Positions 13,270 to 25,899 are shown, counted from the first letter of the whole stretch. The stretch: DNA of 63,819 nt, filler included, from Rhabdomonas costata (GCA_019059605.1; 42 parts of 42 records of this genome joined end to end with filler, not necessarily neighbours in it); one strand, 5' to 3'. Notes: generated by a model from the sequence alone, not told the origin. A program made the numbers and translations.

Positions 13270-14160
13270 GTGCGAGTCCCTTGCTTCTGGTCGGGTCTGG
13301 ACGTTTGCGGTGAATTATAGGACGCCGGGTGGCGGAGGTGATTTTGGAAAGTTGTGCATTTTCATTTTATTCGAGGCTTCTGCCACCTGACCTATGGACG
13401 CATTGGACGTCCTACTGGGGACGTCCTGTCCCCGCCCTCGCGTACTGTGGACTCACGGTGCCGCACTTGGCTGTTTGCGCCAGTTGCAGAGACGATCCGA
13501 CATGTGCGTCTTGGTGCGGGAGTATCCTTCAGGCTGGTAGGCTTCGGATGGAGGTGTCTGTGTATGTATTTTACGGGGAGCAGCAATGTACAGTGTANNN
13601 NNNNNNNNNNNNNNNNNNNNNNNNNNNNNNNNNNNNNNNNNTTAATTAATTAANNNNNNNNNNNNNNNNNNNNNNNNNNNNNNNNNNNNNNNNNNNNGGG
13701 AGGGAGGGAGGAGGGACCGTGGACCCTGATGATTATGAGCGAGACCTGGGGCTGTCCGGTTGTTTGGGTTGATCAGCTTATGTGATGATGTTCTGGTTCG
13801 TGGGGTTGACAGTTGGCAGTACCTCGGAACCTTAGACCCACACGGACTTGTCTTGAGCAACAGTAAAGTGGCAGCTGTTTCATACCCTGAACCCTGGGTT
13901 TTTCTCCACAGCGCACGGAAGGCGCCCTCACGCCTGAGAGAGCAGCTGCGAGGCGAAGGTTGAATGCAATCGATGGGCTGTTGAGTGGTTGTGCCGGGTG
14001 TCCGGGAGTCTTTGGACGTTATTGAGCAGGCGCAAAAAACTGCGAAACTCCTAAGTTAGTCTTTGAATTTGTATTATTGTGCTAGTGTTTCCTGGGAAAG
14101 TCTAAAACACCGAAAGTAGTGTCACATAGAAATACTTTTCGGTGGGGATGGCACACGCAG

Positions 14161-14948
14161 TACCTGTCGCTGCTGTTCTTTCTGGAGTACGATCGGTGGC
14201 CGGATGACCGCCCGCCCACGCTGTGCAACCCCGCGACGTGGATCGGAGGCTGGAACCGCTTCTTCCAGAACAACACCGAGCTGTTTCACCACCATGAGGT
14301 GCGCGGGGGTGACGTACGGACAACTGAAACTGACCCGCTGGTAAGGTCGGCGTAAGGAGGAGAGGGGCTCAAAGACGACTGCCAAGTCGGACGAGTATGT
14401 CTGACTGCCGCTGTTGGTTGTTGCCTTCTTGTTCCTTAGTTTTCTCACCCTATCATTCTCTCATATTTTTGAGGATCAGTGCTATTGTGCAGACGGTTGT
14501 TCTGTTTTTTCTTTGTTGGTGGGAAAGCCTAAGTGTAAAAAAATGGAAGCCTGTCTCTCAAATCTGTTTACTGTGTAATATCTTCGCCGTCGAAAGTCCA
14601 ACCTATCGATCCAAGATCCGATGAGGTCACCGTTCCTATCGACTTTCATGCCTCGAGGCGCTTGTTAACGCCATTATCTTTATTTTGCTTTAACCACAAC
14701 TTGTTCAAACGTACAGACGGCTTTGGGAGGGTCCGCCGTCAGTCGTCCCGCATCCCCAGAATTTTTCGGCTTCTGCCTTCTGCTCTCTCCACCAGTGGCA
14801 TCAAATTTATGGCTGATATTACTCAGGACTGTGACTGCTTCCGCAACAAGCCCCCGGGGGCGCCAGTTCACTTCTCAAAGTACCTGTTCGAGGTTCGGTA
14901 CTACCGCCACGCCAGGATTGCGATTACCTACATTCTGTGGAATAAGGG
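14161..14948 (+). CDS. Hypothetical protein, possibly SGNH/PC-esterase-like (exons 14161-14298, 14827-14948)
   Basis: Phase-0 join gives YLSLLFFLEYDRWPDD...WIGGWNRFFQNNTELFHHHE|DCDCFRNKPP...FEVRYYRHARIAITYILWNKG. Codon bias is strong; the family assignment is from recalled motif similarity only. Confidence 0.55.
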
Positions 14949-15250
14949 GTGCGCGAAAACTCTTCCAGCCGCTCTCCTCCTTCGTCCCCTTCCCCTGTTG
15001 TCGATGATTACCATCCCGCCGTGGGTGAGGTTGCGAAGGAAGCAATGCAAGAAAACCTGCCCGAAATGTTACCACATGTTGCCACACCGGTTGCCGTCGG
15101 GCTGCAAGGCCACACAACCNNNNNNNNNNNNNNNNNNNNNNNNNNNNNNNNNNNNNNNNNNNNTTAATTAATTAANNNNNNNNNNNNNNNNNNNNNNNNN
15201 NNNNNNNNNNNNNNNNNNNTTGTTGGTGGCTAGAACTCTTAGCGAGATTT

Positions 15251-15272
15251 GTGTGTGTGTGTGTGTGTGTGT
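15251..15272. repeat. (GT)11 microsatellite
   Basis: Read directly from the sequence. Confidence 0.95.
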
Positions 15273-16904
15273 CAAACGGAATTGTTTGTCTACTTAGTGA
15301 CAACCTGTCCACTAAGGTGCTGAAGAGGCTGAGGAAAACGGGTGTACCTCTGTGTACCTCCGACGGTGCCCGCGACCTTTCTTCTGTGTGTTTCTGGGTT
15401 GCGAGAACCTCACCCAGCGTTGCAGAAAAAGGTTTGCCGCTCTGTCTTGTACCCACCCAAAAGCTGAAGGCTTAGGGTTAGGGGCGAGGGGTGAGGGGAG
15501 GTGGGTGCGCTGTCGTGTGGTGACCTCACTTTTTGTGGTGGTTGCTTCTGGAGAATTTGTTCTTGGGGACTACAGAGGAATTGGATTAGAACATTTTTGG
15601 TGAATTTATCATTTTCTATGAATTTCAATGTGTGTGTGGGGGGGGGATTTTCGGTTTTCTTTGAATTCCCCCTGGGTCCAAACTCTCATGACGCAAATGT
15701 CCCAACAGTCTCAGTAGGTGGCTTCACTTGCTCGGCAACCGTAATCTCCGAAAACCTTTGAGGAAGCTATACGCAGCGCTCTGCAGAGCTTGACGCTTGA
15801 GAAACGACGAATCGAACGGATCATGTCGACTTCCTCTTGCTGCGCACGTTTATTCATACATCCACCTCAAACGAAGCGCGGGGTTTCCAAAGGTTGTCAG
15901 TGCGTTCTTCGGGACTTCCATTTCCGTCAAAAACCGGCGCGGGCAGAGAGCCCAATCCTTTGAAGAGGGAGGGTATTGTGGTGAACGCTTCAAAAAAAAT
16001 GCCCTTGAACTTCGGGCCCAGACAGGCTTGATCCAGCACTGCACTGACACGTACGGCGGTTTACTCCTTCCACATCCTCCATGGGCGATGGACAGCACCC
16101 TGGACTGAAGGACGTGCTCAAGAGACGACAGGCAATACCCCTTCTACCATCCAAGTAATATTTGAAGGAGAAATCGAACGCACAAAGAAACGCGTTTACC
16201 TTTTTAGCTTCCATGAGACGTCTCCAAACTGCCAATGCTGCCGTTTCCCATGGGCCGTTACCACCGTTGCACAGGGAATCCCTTGCAATAGTACAAACGG
16301 CGCCCTTCGTATCGGACACAATGGCAACTTTTTCGCTGTTGGAATCAACCGGTGAGATATTCTAGATAGACTCGATCTGCCTCTTTGTACTTTGAAGAAA
16401 GGTATTTGTACGGCTCGGCCTGCAGCTTTTGATTTCATGCTAATTTTCGACTGACATCTCAAAGCCTAAAACATCTGCCGCACTTTGCGGCACTGCTATC
16501 TTTGCAGACTTACAATGTACCAAAGAGAGCAGTGGTGGTTTCATTCTCTGAGAGCTTTGTGGGAAGCGAGCAATTACCGAAAAAGAGGGATTGAACTCTA
16601 ACCGCGAGGCAAAGGCTCCGTCGCTGGACCCCTTCACCCCANNNNNNNNNNNNNNNNNNNNNNNNNNNNNNNNNNNNNNNNNNNNTTAATTAATTAANNN
16701 NNNNNNNNNNNNNNNNNNNNNNNNNNNNNNNNNNNNNNNNNGTTGGTGTTTGGTTGCCTTTCGGTTTTCGTTTCCTCGCTGATTTGTTCTGCATTCTTTG
16801 AACAGTCCCCGTTTTACAATCTGTTTTTACCCCACCTTTCATTTCCCTTTCGGTGGGTGATTTTGGAATTTTTCGTTTCGGCTTTTGGCCTCGAAGGGAG
16901 TCTC

Positions 16905-17960
16905 ATGATGTCCTCAGAAACTCCGCTGGTTCCCCGCAATGGGCACTACCCGCGTTGGACTTCCCGGCGTGTGCTGGCATGGGGTGCTGTTTCTACAGTT
17001 GTGGTCCTTCTTGCGCTTCGGCTGATCAGTGGTCCGCAACAACTGCACAGCGAAGAACGTTTTGCAGCACCCAGGGGGTGTCTTTTTGTCGGTTTTGTTG
17101 TCCTTCGCTGTGCCACCCTCTGCCTCACCTTTTTTGTTTTGTTTAAAATGAAACGTGAGTTTAAACCCTGGTTCCAGAGTTTTTCAGAGTTTTTCTTCTT
17201 ACACTTGGGTGAGTTGCTTCCAGAGAGTGGGGTGCGCAGCTGTTTCCTGTGGTTCGACTGAAGGCCCCAGTTCCGTTCCCTGCACGTCAGGTGTTGCGCA
17301 GTGATTTGACCAACAGCATGCAAGGGTGTGGGGGCCCATGCAGAGAGGTAGTGCGGGGTGTTCGTGGTGCTGGGGCGTTCTGGCACGAGGGAGGCGCAGA
17401 TGAGGGGATGCGAGCAATGCAGCTTTCTCCCCAAGCTTTTTCAATTGGAAATGCATAATCCCCGCACAATCCCTAGCGGTGCAAAAAACCTTTTTTTCGC
17501 TTTTGAAGTTGCAAGTGAAGTCTCGGAAGTTGAGTACACGAGCAAGGACTCCGGGTTGCGCATCATTCTCTCATGTCGGGAAGTGGAATTTTTTTCAGTA
17601 ATAGTTCTTCCCCGCCGAGGACCGTTCTAAGCCGGCCACTCGCCAGTCATGTGCGAAAAGTGGTCTCGGGCATGGTGGAAACACACAATGCCAAGCCCGT
17701 GGAATCTTTCTCCTGTTGAGGTATCCGGGTGTCACGCCGCACCTGGTCCTTATTTCTTTAGGGTTGTCCCCATCCCGGGCTTGAGCTGTGGCAATCCCTT
17801 AGTGCTGGATGGCCTGCCCTACGTGGGCCCGCCTCAGGGATGGAAAGTTGTCCAGGCCACCGTCCACCAGAGGCACTGGGACCGGTGGATCTTCCCACAT
17901 CCGGAAATCGGCGACGTTTGCTGGGAGGGCCAGCTCAACTCCACCCTGCCCAAGATGCAG
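16905..17960 (+). CDS. Type II membrane histidine acid phosphatase family protein, N-terminal part (exons 16905-17077, 17762-17960)
   Basis: ATG, short cytosolic tail, TM helix VLAWGAVSTVVVLLALRLI, then an in-phase join (GG|G) to ...PPQGWKVVQATVHQRHWDRWIFP, a variant of the RHGxRxP motif in its usual beta-strand context. Confidence 0.65.
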
Positions 17961-18459
17961 GTGGACGACTCCTCTCTCCCCTCAGACTTCCTTGATTCTA
18001 CAAGTTCCCCCCTCGTGGCACTTCGTGGCACAGTTCGGCCCATTACACGTCTCCCAGCCGTCCCTTGCGCGTGTGAAAAATTCCCGTTCGAGTTGGTTGA
18101 TTTAAAGTAGAGTGCGTTGTATACCTGTACCACCGCGTGTATGTTCTGCAATCAACAAACCCCNNNNNNNNNNNNNNNNNNNNNNNNNNNNNNNNNNNNN
18201 NNNNNNNTTAATTAATTAANNNNNNNNNNNNNNNNNNNNNNNNNNNNNNNNNNNNNNNNNNNNGGTGTGGGGGGTTGATTCCATCTTTGCAAATAGGAGT
18301 TTGTCGTTTTGAGATTGTTTGCGTTTCTGCCAGCCCCCCTCCGGATCTGTGGATCTGGGTTGCGGGGGAAGGGGCTTCTGCGGAGGGCTTCCGCGCAGGT
18401 CCCCAACGGTTACTGAAAAAAGAGTAGGAGAGGGAAAATATAAACCGTGGTGACCAAAA

Positions 18460-19546
18460 ATGGAGCCCAGCACAGAGCAAGTGCACAAGAAGCATGTGCA
18501 GCCGCGAGCGGGGCGCTCGCATGAGAAGAAAGTCGCGGCGGAGCGGCGGCGGCAGGGCCTGGAGGGGGCGCAGCCCGTGAGGGACAACGCGAAGGCGTTT
18601 GGAGGCAGTGGGCGGGGGCACGTTGAGAGGGACCACAGGATCCTGGATCACCAGCAGAACAGGGCACACGTCCCGCTGGAGAAGAGGTCCGGATGTGTGG
18701 TGTTGCCCCGTTGCGGTTGTGGAAGGCTTTGCGGTGGGGTCGGACCGTTAGGATGTCCACAACCGTGTTTCGCAGCTTTCGCCTGTCTTGGATTTTGTTA
18801 TACTCATTGGGGAATCATGAGATGCGTGGTTTAATGGGCGATGTCTCACTTATGTATGACGGCGAGAGCAGCGGTGACCCGTGCTGATTTTATCAGGATC
18901 GCTTCTTGAAACGGAGTTAAGCGGAGTTAATACGCTGCGGCTGTCTCCGTCCGAGTTCAAGCCTGTCCTGTCCGAAGTAGTCAGCGAGTCCGTTTTTTTT
19001 TGAATGGTGCTACAGGCTCTGGCTTCCTCTCGCGGCGCCCGCTGTGATTGCGGTGGTGGGACCCCCAAAGTCGGGCAAGGTCGGCATCCCCTCCGCCTTC
19101 ACCAGACCCACCTCTCGTCCGCACTCCCACCCACTTGAATATCGCCTTTCCTTGGCCCCTTTACACAGTTGCAGTTTTGGCTTTTCCCCGCAGACTCACA
19201 GTACCAGAACACCCCCAAACAAGCGCTCACAAGAGCCCAGTCTTCGGGATTAGTTTCGGGGCAACACTCACAAGAGCACACACCTACACAGAAATCGAGG
19301 ATGCACCTTCGTATTGACCCAACCCCTGATCGTAGCAGCGCACGGCCTGATTGGCCTCAGACCTCAAACCGCGCATTTACCACACTTATTCGTATTCCTG
19401 AAAAAGCATCGCTTCTGCACACACACTGCTGGGGTGGCCTGCGGAATTTTCCTTTTTCCCCCTGTGTATCCTCCTTTTCCCTCAGACGACGCTGATTACG
19501 TCCCTGGTGAAGCTTTATGCGCGGCAGAAGCTCGTGTCTATCAAAG
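18460..19546 (+). CDS. BMS1: Ribosome biogenesis GTPase BMS1, N-terminal part (exons 18460-18686, 19016-19079, 19486-19546)
   Basis: NAKAF...HVPLEKR|LWLPLAAPAVIAVVGPPKSGK|TTLITSLVKLYARQKLVSIKG follows the Bms1 NAKAF, HVP and IVAVVGPPxxGKTTLI motifs. Both introns are GT-AG and in phase. Confidence 0.92.
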
Positions 19547-20322
19547 GTACTGGTGCCCAGAAGACATTTTGGCAAGTGTGATTTTGTGTTTTTTTCCACG
19601 GGTCTACGAGAGTGGCGCAAGCAGTTCAGAAGCCTGGGTGAGAGAGAGAGTCTGAAGCGATGACAACTGTCGCTAAAAAACACCNNNNNNNNNNNNNNNN
19701 NNNNNNNNNNNNNNNNNNNNNNNNNNNNTTAATTAATTAANNNNNNNNNNNNNNNNNNNNNNNNNNNNNNNNNNNNNNNNNNNNGGTGGGTGGTGGTTAG
19801 GGATTGGGTGCATCGGTGGTAGATGTTGTGGTGGGATAGTAGCTGTGATTAATCATGGTGGCTGGTGAGGTAATTGGAACATCTGAATAAAGCTCCGGTT
19901 TTGGATTGGTTGAGCGGGCGACTGGTTAGATTGTCGTAAATGTCGGAGCTCAGCGTTTAGCCCATAGGGTGTAGGTTTATCGCTGTAGCGTTTCGATTGA
20001 CAATCATGTAGACAAAGCTCGAGGTCTCTGTGTATCGGTTTATTGTGAATAGCAGCTCGCCACTGATTCGCTTCGACTTGTTTTAGTTCAGCATCCGATA
20101 AGCTGGTTGGTGCTCGTGTGATGGTAGCTTGTCCCTCGTCAATAGATTGATACTCATCGGGGGACGGTAGCTCATTGGTGGTGTATTTCTCATGGAGTTT
20201 TCAGGGTAGAGGTAAGGGGAGAAAAAACAAACTCGTGCGTGCTCCTCCGTGCGTGTGTGTTACACAAAGGCATACACCTACGTACCATACTTATTAGTCT
20301 GTACACACACCCACTTCAACGG

Positions 20323-21030
20323 TTAGGCTACTGCTATCGACTCAGGGTCGGATCTTAGACTAAACAAATTTGCTACCACTGTTCTCGCGGTCGATTGAGG
20401 GGGGTTTTGGATGGGCTCTGTTGAGGGGTCAGTGGCCTCGTTGTCTTGGTCATGGTTGGCCTGCTCGAAGAAGTCCGGCATGTCTTCTGGTGTGGTTGGG
20501 TCCGAATTATGAGTGCCATCCACAGGTTCCTTCGTGTTGGTTCCCAGTGAATCAGACACAGGGGTGGTGGATCCGTCTGAAAGCTGTGGTTTCATAGGTA
20601 CTTCTAGCAACTCTCTGGTGTTATTTTACATTTCTTCCGTATGGGAAGCCGAAACTTCAAGATATGTAGCGTCTTTTGTGAAGCGCTTGTGCCTTATATA
20701 ATGGCATATCTGGTAGACCACTTCGGTTTTAGCCTCATTTTATCGTAATCGTCAAAGTATCATGGTACGTCACACACAAAAAACTTTCCTCGAGTTGTCT
20801 GGAATCGGAGTACAAACTGTCATTCGGCCACTCTGGAAAGACTAGCATGATACTGCATGGCTAGGTGCATACCCGGTGAAAAATTTGAGTGAGGAGGTAC
20901 AACGGGGTGTTCGCATACCAATTCTCTCCGGCCCATAGTTAGTTGAGTCATTGACGCCACTGGTCTCAGCTTGTGGGCGCGCACTGAGAAACCGCCGCAG
21001 TTTGCCGCAGATCGTGTGTCGATAGTCCAA
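20323..21030 (-). mobile_element. Possible decayed Ty1/Copia-like integrase C-terminal region
   Basis: Stop-broken frames contain RTP..SLKFFTGYAPS, RLKPKWS and KRFTKDATYLE, followed by an acidic/Pro/Thr-rich linker, in the order expected for Copia. Similarity is weak. Confidence 0.25.
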
Positions 21031-21479
21031 TACAATGCAGGCGATCCGAAAAACCTAGTCGTGCAATCCAACGTTCTCGCTGGCGTCAAATGAAGAAGGC
21101 TCAATTCGAAAACTGTGTAACCCGCACTTGCGCTGATGTTCCTGGTGTGATGCTGGGTACTGGGCGTCGGCTCTCCGGAAGAGCGCCGACGCCCAGTACC
21201 CAACAACNNNNNNNNNNNNNNNNNNNNNNNNNNNNNNNNNNNNNNNNNNNNTTAATTAATTAANNNNNNNNNNNNNNNNNNNNNNNNNNNNNNNNNNNNN
21301 NNNNNNNGGTGGTGGGGGAGCGGTGCCTCGTGCAACCCACTCCCTCCTTATTTGGATGTTGGTGTGGTATGGGATAGGACTGGAACGATGGCAAGATCCC
21401 GTTCTACACGATGCCCGTGCGGGTTGGGGGCGGGGAGCTGCCCAAGAAGAACCCTCGCACTCTGCCCGCGGATCACCAG

Positions 21480-22581
21480 GTCCACACCGAGAGGCTCTTA
21501 CTGCGCGGCCTACCCCCGCTGAAGACCTTCAACGCAGGTCTCCCTCTCTCCTGTGTTTCTTGTGTGTCTCTCTCACTCTGATTACCTTACTGGTGCAGCC
21601 GCCACCAACTGTGGAGGGTGAACCCCCTCCCCCAAGACATCCTGGATAAAGCTAACCCACTGCAGAACTGGAACCCCAGGGAACAGGCGCATCGCCTGGT
21701 CCTGCCGAAGGCATCTTTCTTCTCTTGGTCGGCCTCGGCGGCCTCCATTTTAGCCACTACTGTAGGTACGTAGTGATGGGCATCTGAGCGTAGCGGAGAT
21801 GGCCATCACGGAGTGGGGGGTTCAACATCTAGGTGGAGCATAGCGACACCGACCAGCAAAGACCGGGGCCCCACGAACGCAGTGACTGGGGACATCAAGG
21901 AGTAGGAGCATGCGAGGGACCGAGCATGTGACCAAGGAACCCAGGGCACCCTCCCTCTTACCTTCTTCAGAATCTTCCACTGGAATTCCAGGAGGCATAG
22001 GCAGCGCCCTCTAACCCACTGCGATGTCAGGAGACACTGGAGGGAGGGAGGGAGGGAAGGAGGGGGGTTACCACCTACCGTTGCAGCTTCAACCCTTAAA
22101 TCATACTCCGCTCCAACCCGCTTCCTCGCATATGATCTGGAGATGGCGTTTGTCTCCCTGAAGAGCAACGGCTTCAACCCCGTATTGAGCCATCATATTC
22201 CGCTTTGACCCGTTTTCTCGTACCGCTCTGGTCGGACGGTGTCTCTTATCTCCACTGGTAGAATAATGCAAGGAAGGAACACCAAACAAGAACATCGTCT
22301 CACCAGGTTGCCAGGTTGCTCAAAACCACACCATCCGATGCCACCCTTTTCCCGAATCCCTTGGAAAATGGTGCTGGAGTACATATCTAATGTACACTTC
22401 GCTGCCGGGTCTGAATCTCTCGTCCCTTCCTTCTCATTTACACTTTCATATATGTGACGGATTCTCCAGGCGTGTGGGAATTCACGTTTTCAACCACCCT
22501 CCCTCTCCTGGTTCAATGCAGGAGCGCTGGACCAGCGGTTGTGCTCAAGCTTCGCCACTGGGGAGCTTGCGCCGCACCTCC
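21480..22581 (+). CDS. Two short exons of a hypothetical protein (21480-21537, 22522-22581)
   Basis: AG/GT-bounded GC3-rich exons join in phase: VHTERLLLRGLPPLKTFNAG|ALDQRLCSSFATGELAPHL. Confidence 0.35.
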
Positions 22582-23344
22582 GTAAGGACGTCCAACCGAC
22601 CTCTTCAAAAAAGAGTATGCGGCACACCTCCGGGATCTTTTCTAACTCCTACCGCGTGCCCCTTTGCGTTGACCCCCATTTGTACTCCGTCGAATGTGCT
22701 GCATTCGCTTCATCGCTTCACAACCCCCCNNNNNNNNNNNNNNNNNNNNNNNNNNNNNNNNNNNNNNNNNNNNTTAATTAATTAANNNNNNNNNNNNNNN
22801 NNNNNNNNNNNNNNNNNNNNNNNNNNNNNTTGTTGTGGTGAGCCGGCACCCCGCGGCTCCAGACCTATGGGACCCCCGTGCAAGCACCAAGGCTGCACGC
22901 GTCTGGACTCTTTCCAGCTTTCCCCTTCTCCTACGTCTTTTCCTTTCGCACACAAACACATAGAAGCATAAACAAACTCATACACTGTTCCAGTCAGTAT
23001 AATATTGTCATATCATTATACTATAATATCATTATACTACACTGATATTATAGTGTATAATACCATTATGCGGCGGGACAATTAGTAGTACTAATATAGT
23101 GTAATGATATTATAATGGCTATAATACCCCATTATGCGGCACCCCGCCCCCCAAGTATAGTTCACCCGCGATTGTCTCACGGGATGTGTCAAGCGACCTT
23201 TCCTGCCCCATAATATTATTCAAAGCATTGCGAACAAAGCATTCCCACAAACCAACTTCCAAAGAGTGGCGCAAACAGGCAAAGCAGCCCTCCCCAGGAG
23301 CGGAGAGAAAGGCCTTCCTCACACATTCAAAGCAAAAGGGATAC

Positions 23345-24082
23345 CTCGGGGTCTATCCTGGACCAGGATGTACCCCCACATCAAGGGGTGCCTGCAGTCC
23401 TGGTAGTAAAGGAGGCTGGGGGTGGAGCCGCCGACGCTCCACTGCAGAGTGCCCCCGGTGAGGTTGTTGTTGGTCACGCCGTCGGTGTACAAGGTGCCCA
23501 CAAGAAGGAGAACCCCCGTGGAAATGTTCACTGTGTAGATGTTCATGGTGCACGCATATACAAAACATATCTCCGCGTTGGACTGACACATGGAAGGTAG
23601 CAGTTGACCAAAAATGACCGGTGAACGCCCCGACATCAGGGCGAAGGTGCCATTCAGCCTCTTATGCATGGAGGCGTACCGCACCACCCCCTGCTGCCGT
23701 CCCATCTGTGGTGAATTGTCTGTAATTCAGCTCCAGGATGAACTACGCCGCCCCGTCCGGCAGGTGTTGTTTGATCTTGGAAGTGCCGGGCAACGCCGCA
23801 GCTCTTCAATCTCATTGGCCCAAGACCGCCAAACCCCCAACCACGCCCTTATTACCCTACTCCCTGGCACTCTTCAGCACCGCTTCCGTTCGTAGGGGAC
23901 ACATTAGCTTTCCTCAAGCGAGCTGAGCAACCCGAACCCCGGGCAGGGATACGGAAAGCACTGAGAGCGGGCACAAGGTTAATGCTGCTATTCTGGGCAC
24001 CGGCAAACCTGATGAGAGGGCTTGCATCACGCAAAAGGCATGAGTGCTGGAAGGATTCACGACGATGGAGTAGGACAGGCCC
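23345..24082 (-). CDS. Cupredoxin-like domain protein, partial (exons 24082-24031, 23570-23345)
   Basis: GLSYSIVVNPSSTHAFC|ICFVYACT...YTDGVTNNNLTGGTLQWSVGGSTPSLLYYQDCRHPLMWGYILV carries an upstream His and a C-terminal Cys/His/Met cluster like a type-1 copper site. The acceptor at 23570 is inferred. Confidence 0.6.
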
Positions 24083-24410
24083 CTGCGAATGAAAAGCGGT
24101 AGACTCATGACATCACAAAAAGTCGAGATTTGTTTCAGCGGGACCTGTTTCATTGAGAAAGGGTATACAAAGAACCTTGAAAATGTCATGCAGTCGCTGC
24201 CAAAGGGTTTGAGCTCAACAGGCCAAAGACTGGATTCCTGGGGTTGAAATTNNNNNNNNNNNNNNNNNNNNNNNNNNNNNNNNNNNNNNNNNNNNTTAAT
24301 TAATTAANNNNNNNNNNNNNNNNNNNNNNNNNNNNNNNNNNNNNNNNNNNNGGGGGGAGCTGTTTGGCATCTTCTGTTTTGCTTGCGAAAAACGTATTTG
24401 GTGTTCTCAG

Positions 24411-25183
24411 AGATGTCTGAGATGAGTGGCCTGGAGCTTGCCGCGGAGCTGAGGAAAGTCTGGGATCCGGCCTCACTACCCATCATTGGTGTGCTGATGA
24501 TGTATCAATGTGCACTACTTCTGTTTACTGGTTACAGAGGACGACGAGGTCCTTAATTCGTTGCATCGTGCAGTGACCAATTAGCTCTTCTCGTGCGTGG
24601 GCAGGTGTGGCACAAGCAGCAGCTTGCGCGGTTATCTATCCGCTGGCCTTTGCTCAGCCCAACTCTCACGTGATGAGGCGTAGCGGAAGAGAACCCACAC
24701 CACCTTTGGCTGATATAATCTGGTTTCAGTGACAACTCTTCTGTGTGAAAAAGGAGCATTGCCAGTAAAAAGAATTGGACGGTACCATCGCTGGAGCGGT
24801 GACGTGGTGAACGGCGCGTTGAGGTCAGCCCTGTTGACGAAGCTTTGCTAATTGTTGTGCTTTTCTTGGATGGCGTGAAGGCCAAACATGTTAAAGAAGA
24901 AGACCTGTCTCTAAATCCCTTATGTCCTTCTCCAGCTGTGACTGCGGGCCATACCTCGGCGCTGCACAGCGAATGCCTGGCCCAGGGTATGCAGGCTGTG
25001 CTGGCCAAGCCTTTGTCTTGTGACAGCCTCACTGAGGCTATCTCCAGAATATACCGCGCCACGTGGGGCGAGATCCCGGATCGTCACCTGCGCAGAGATC
25101 AGCTCTCTCCGGCCCCATACTCCCACAAAAACTCAGGCTCCTTGGGAACAAACCCACTGAGCTCTCCTGCATCATGGAAGTGA
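24411..25183 (+). CDS. Response-regulator receiver domain at a protein C-terminus, hybrid histidine kinase-like (exons 24411-24488, 24936-25183)
   Basis: MSEMSGLELAAELRK...LPIIA|VTAG...ECLAQGMQAVLAKPL matches MPxMxGxE, PIIAxTA and GMxxxLxKP; phase-1 GT-AG intron; stop at 25183. Confidence 0.88.
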
Positions 25184-25899
25184 GCAGAGCTGAGCGGCTT
25201 GAGGTATATCCCTTTTGGCCCCCTGAAGCGGCGCCGAATGTGTACTCGTGCTTTGGTTTGCGCAATGGCGTGTATGTGTGTTTGCGTTCGTGTGCCTGTG
25301 ACAAGCGATTCGTGTGAAACGAAGCTCAGAATGTTGTACTTGTCTTGCTTTTTCTGCATTTTTCTGTTTGTTGGTGGGTGGGTAGCTCTTTGTGTGTTCC
25401 ATTGTCCTTTGCTACCCTCTTGCGTGTTTTTGTTGTGGCAGAATTATGACTGTCCTCATTGCCTCCGGCAGCTTTGTGGATGGGATGAGCACATTCGGGT
25501 CATCCATTCTAGAAACCCAACAAATCTAAATGGAATCTTTTAATAATCCGGGTTTACGAGAATGGTGATTTTCCTGCACCTCTGAACAGTTTTTGAATGT
25601 CCCCACGCCTTGAAATACATGTCATCGAGGGGACACCGGCGAATTACATATATATACGGCGTTACTTTAGAATTGTACCCACCTCTGTCTTCAGGTTCTT
25701 TTTGAGATGCTTACGCTTTATGCTTTGGAAATTGTTGGAGATGACAAGAAGCGTAAGCATCCAAAAAAACAANNNNNNNNNNNNNNNNNNNNNNNNNNNN
25801 NNNNNNNNNNNNNNNNTTAATTAATTAANNNNNNNNNNNNNNNNNNNNNNNNNNNNNNNNNNNNNNNNNNNNGGTGTGTTGGGTGGCTCGGACTTCTAG

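Noticed and set aside
21806..22400. LINE-like peptide traces (QWKILKKVRGRVPWVP) on the minus strand inside a putative intron
   Set aside because: Too short and degenerate to support a call.
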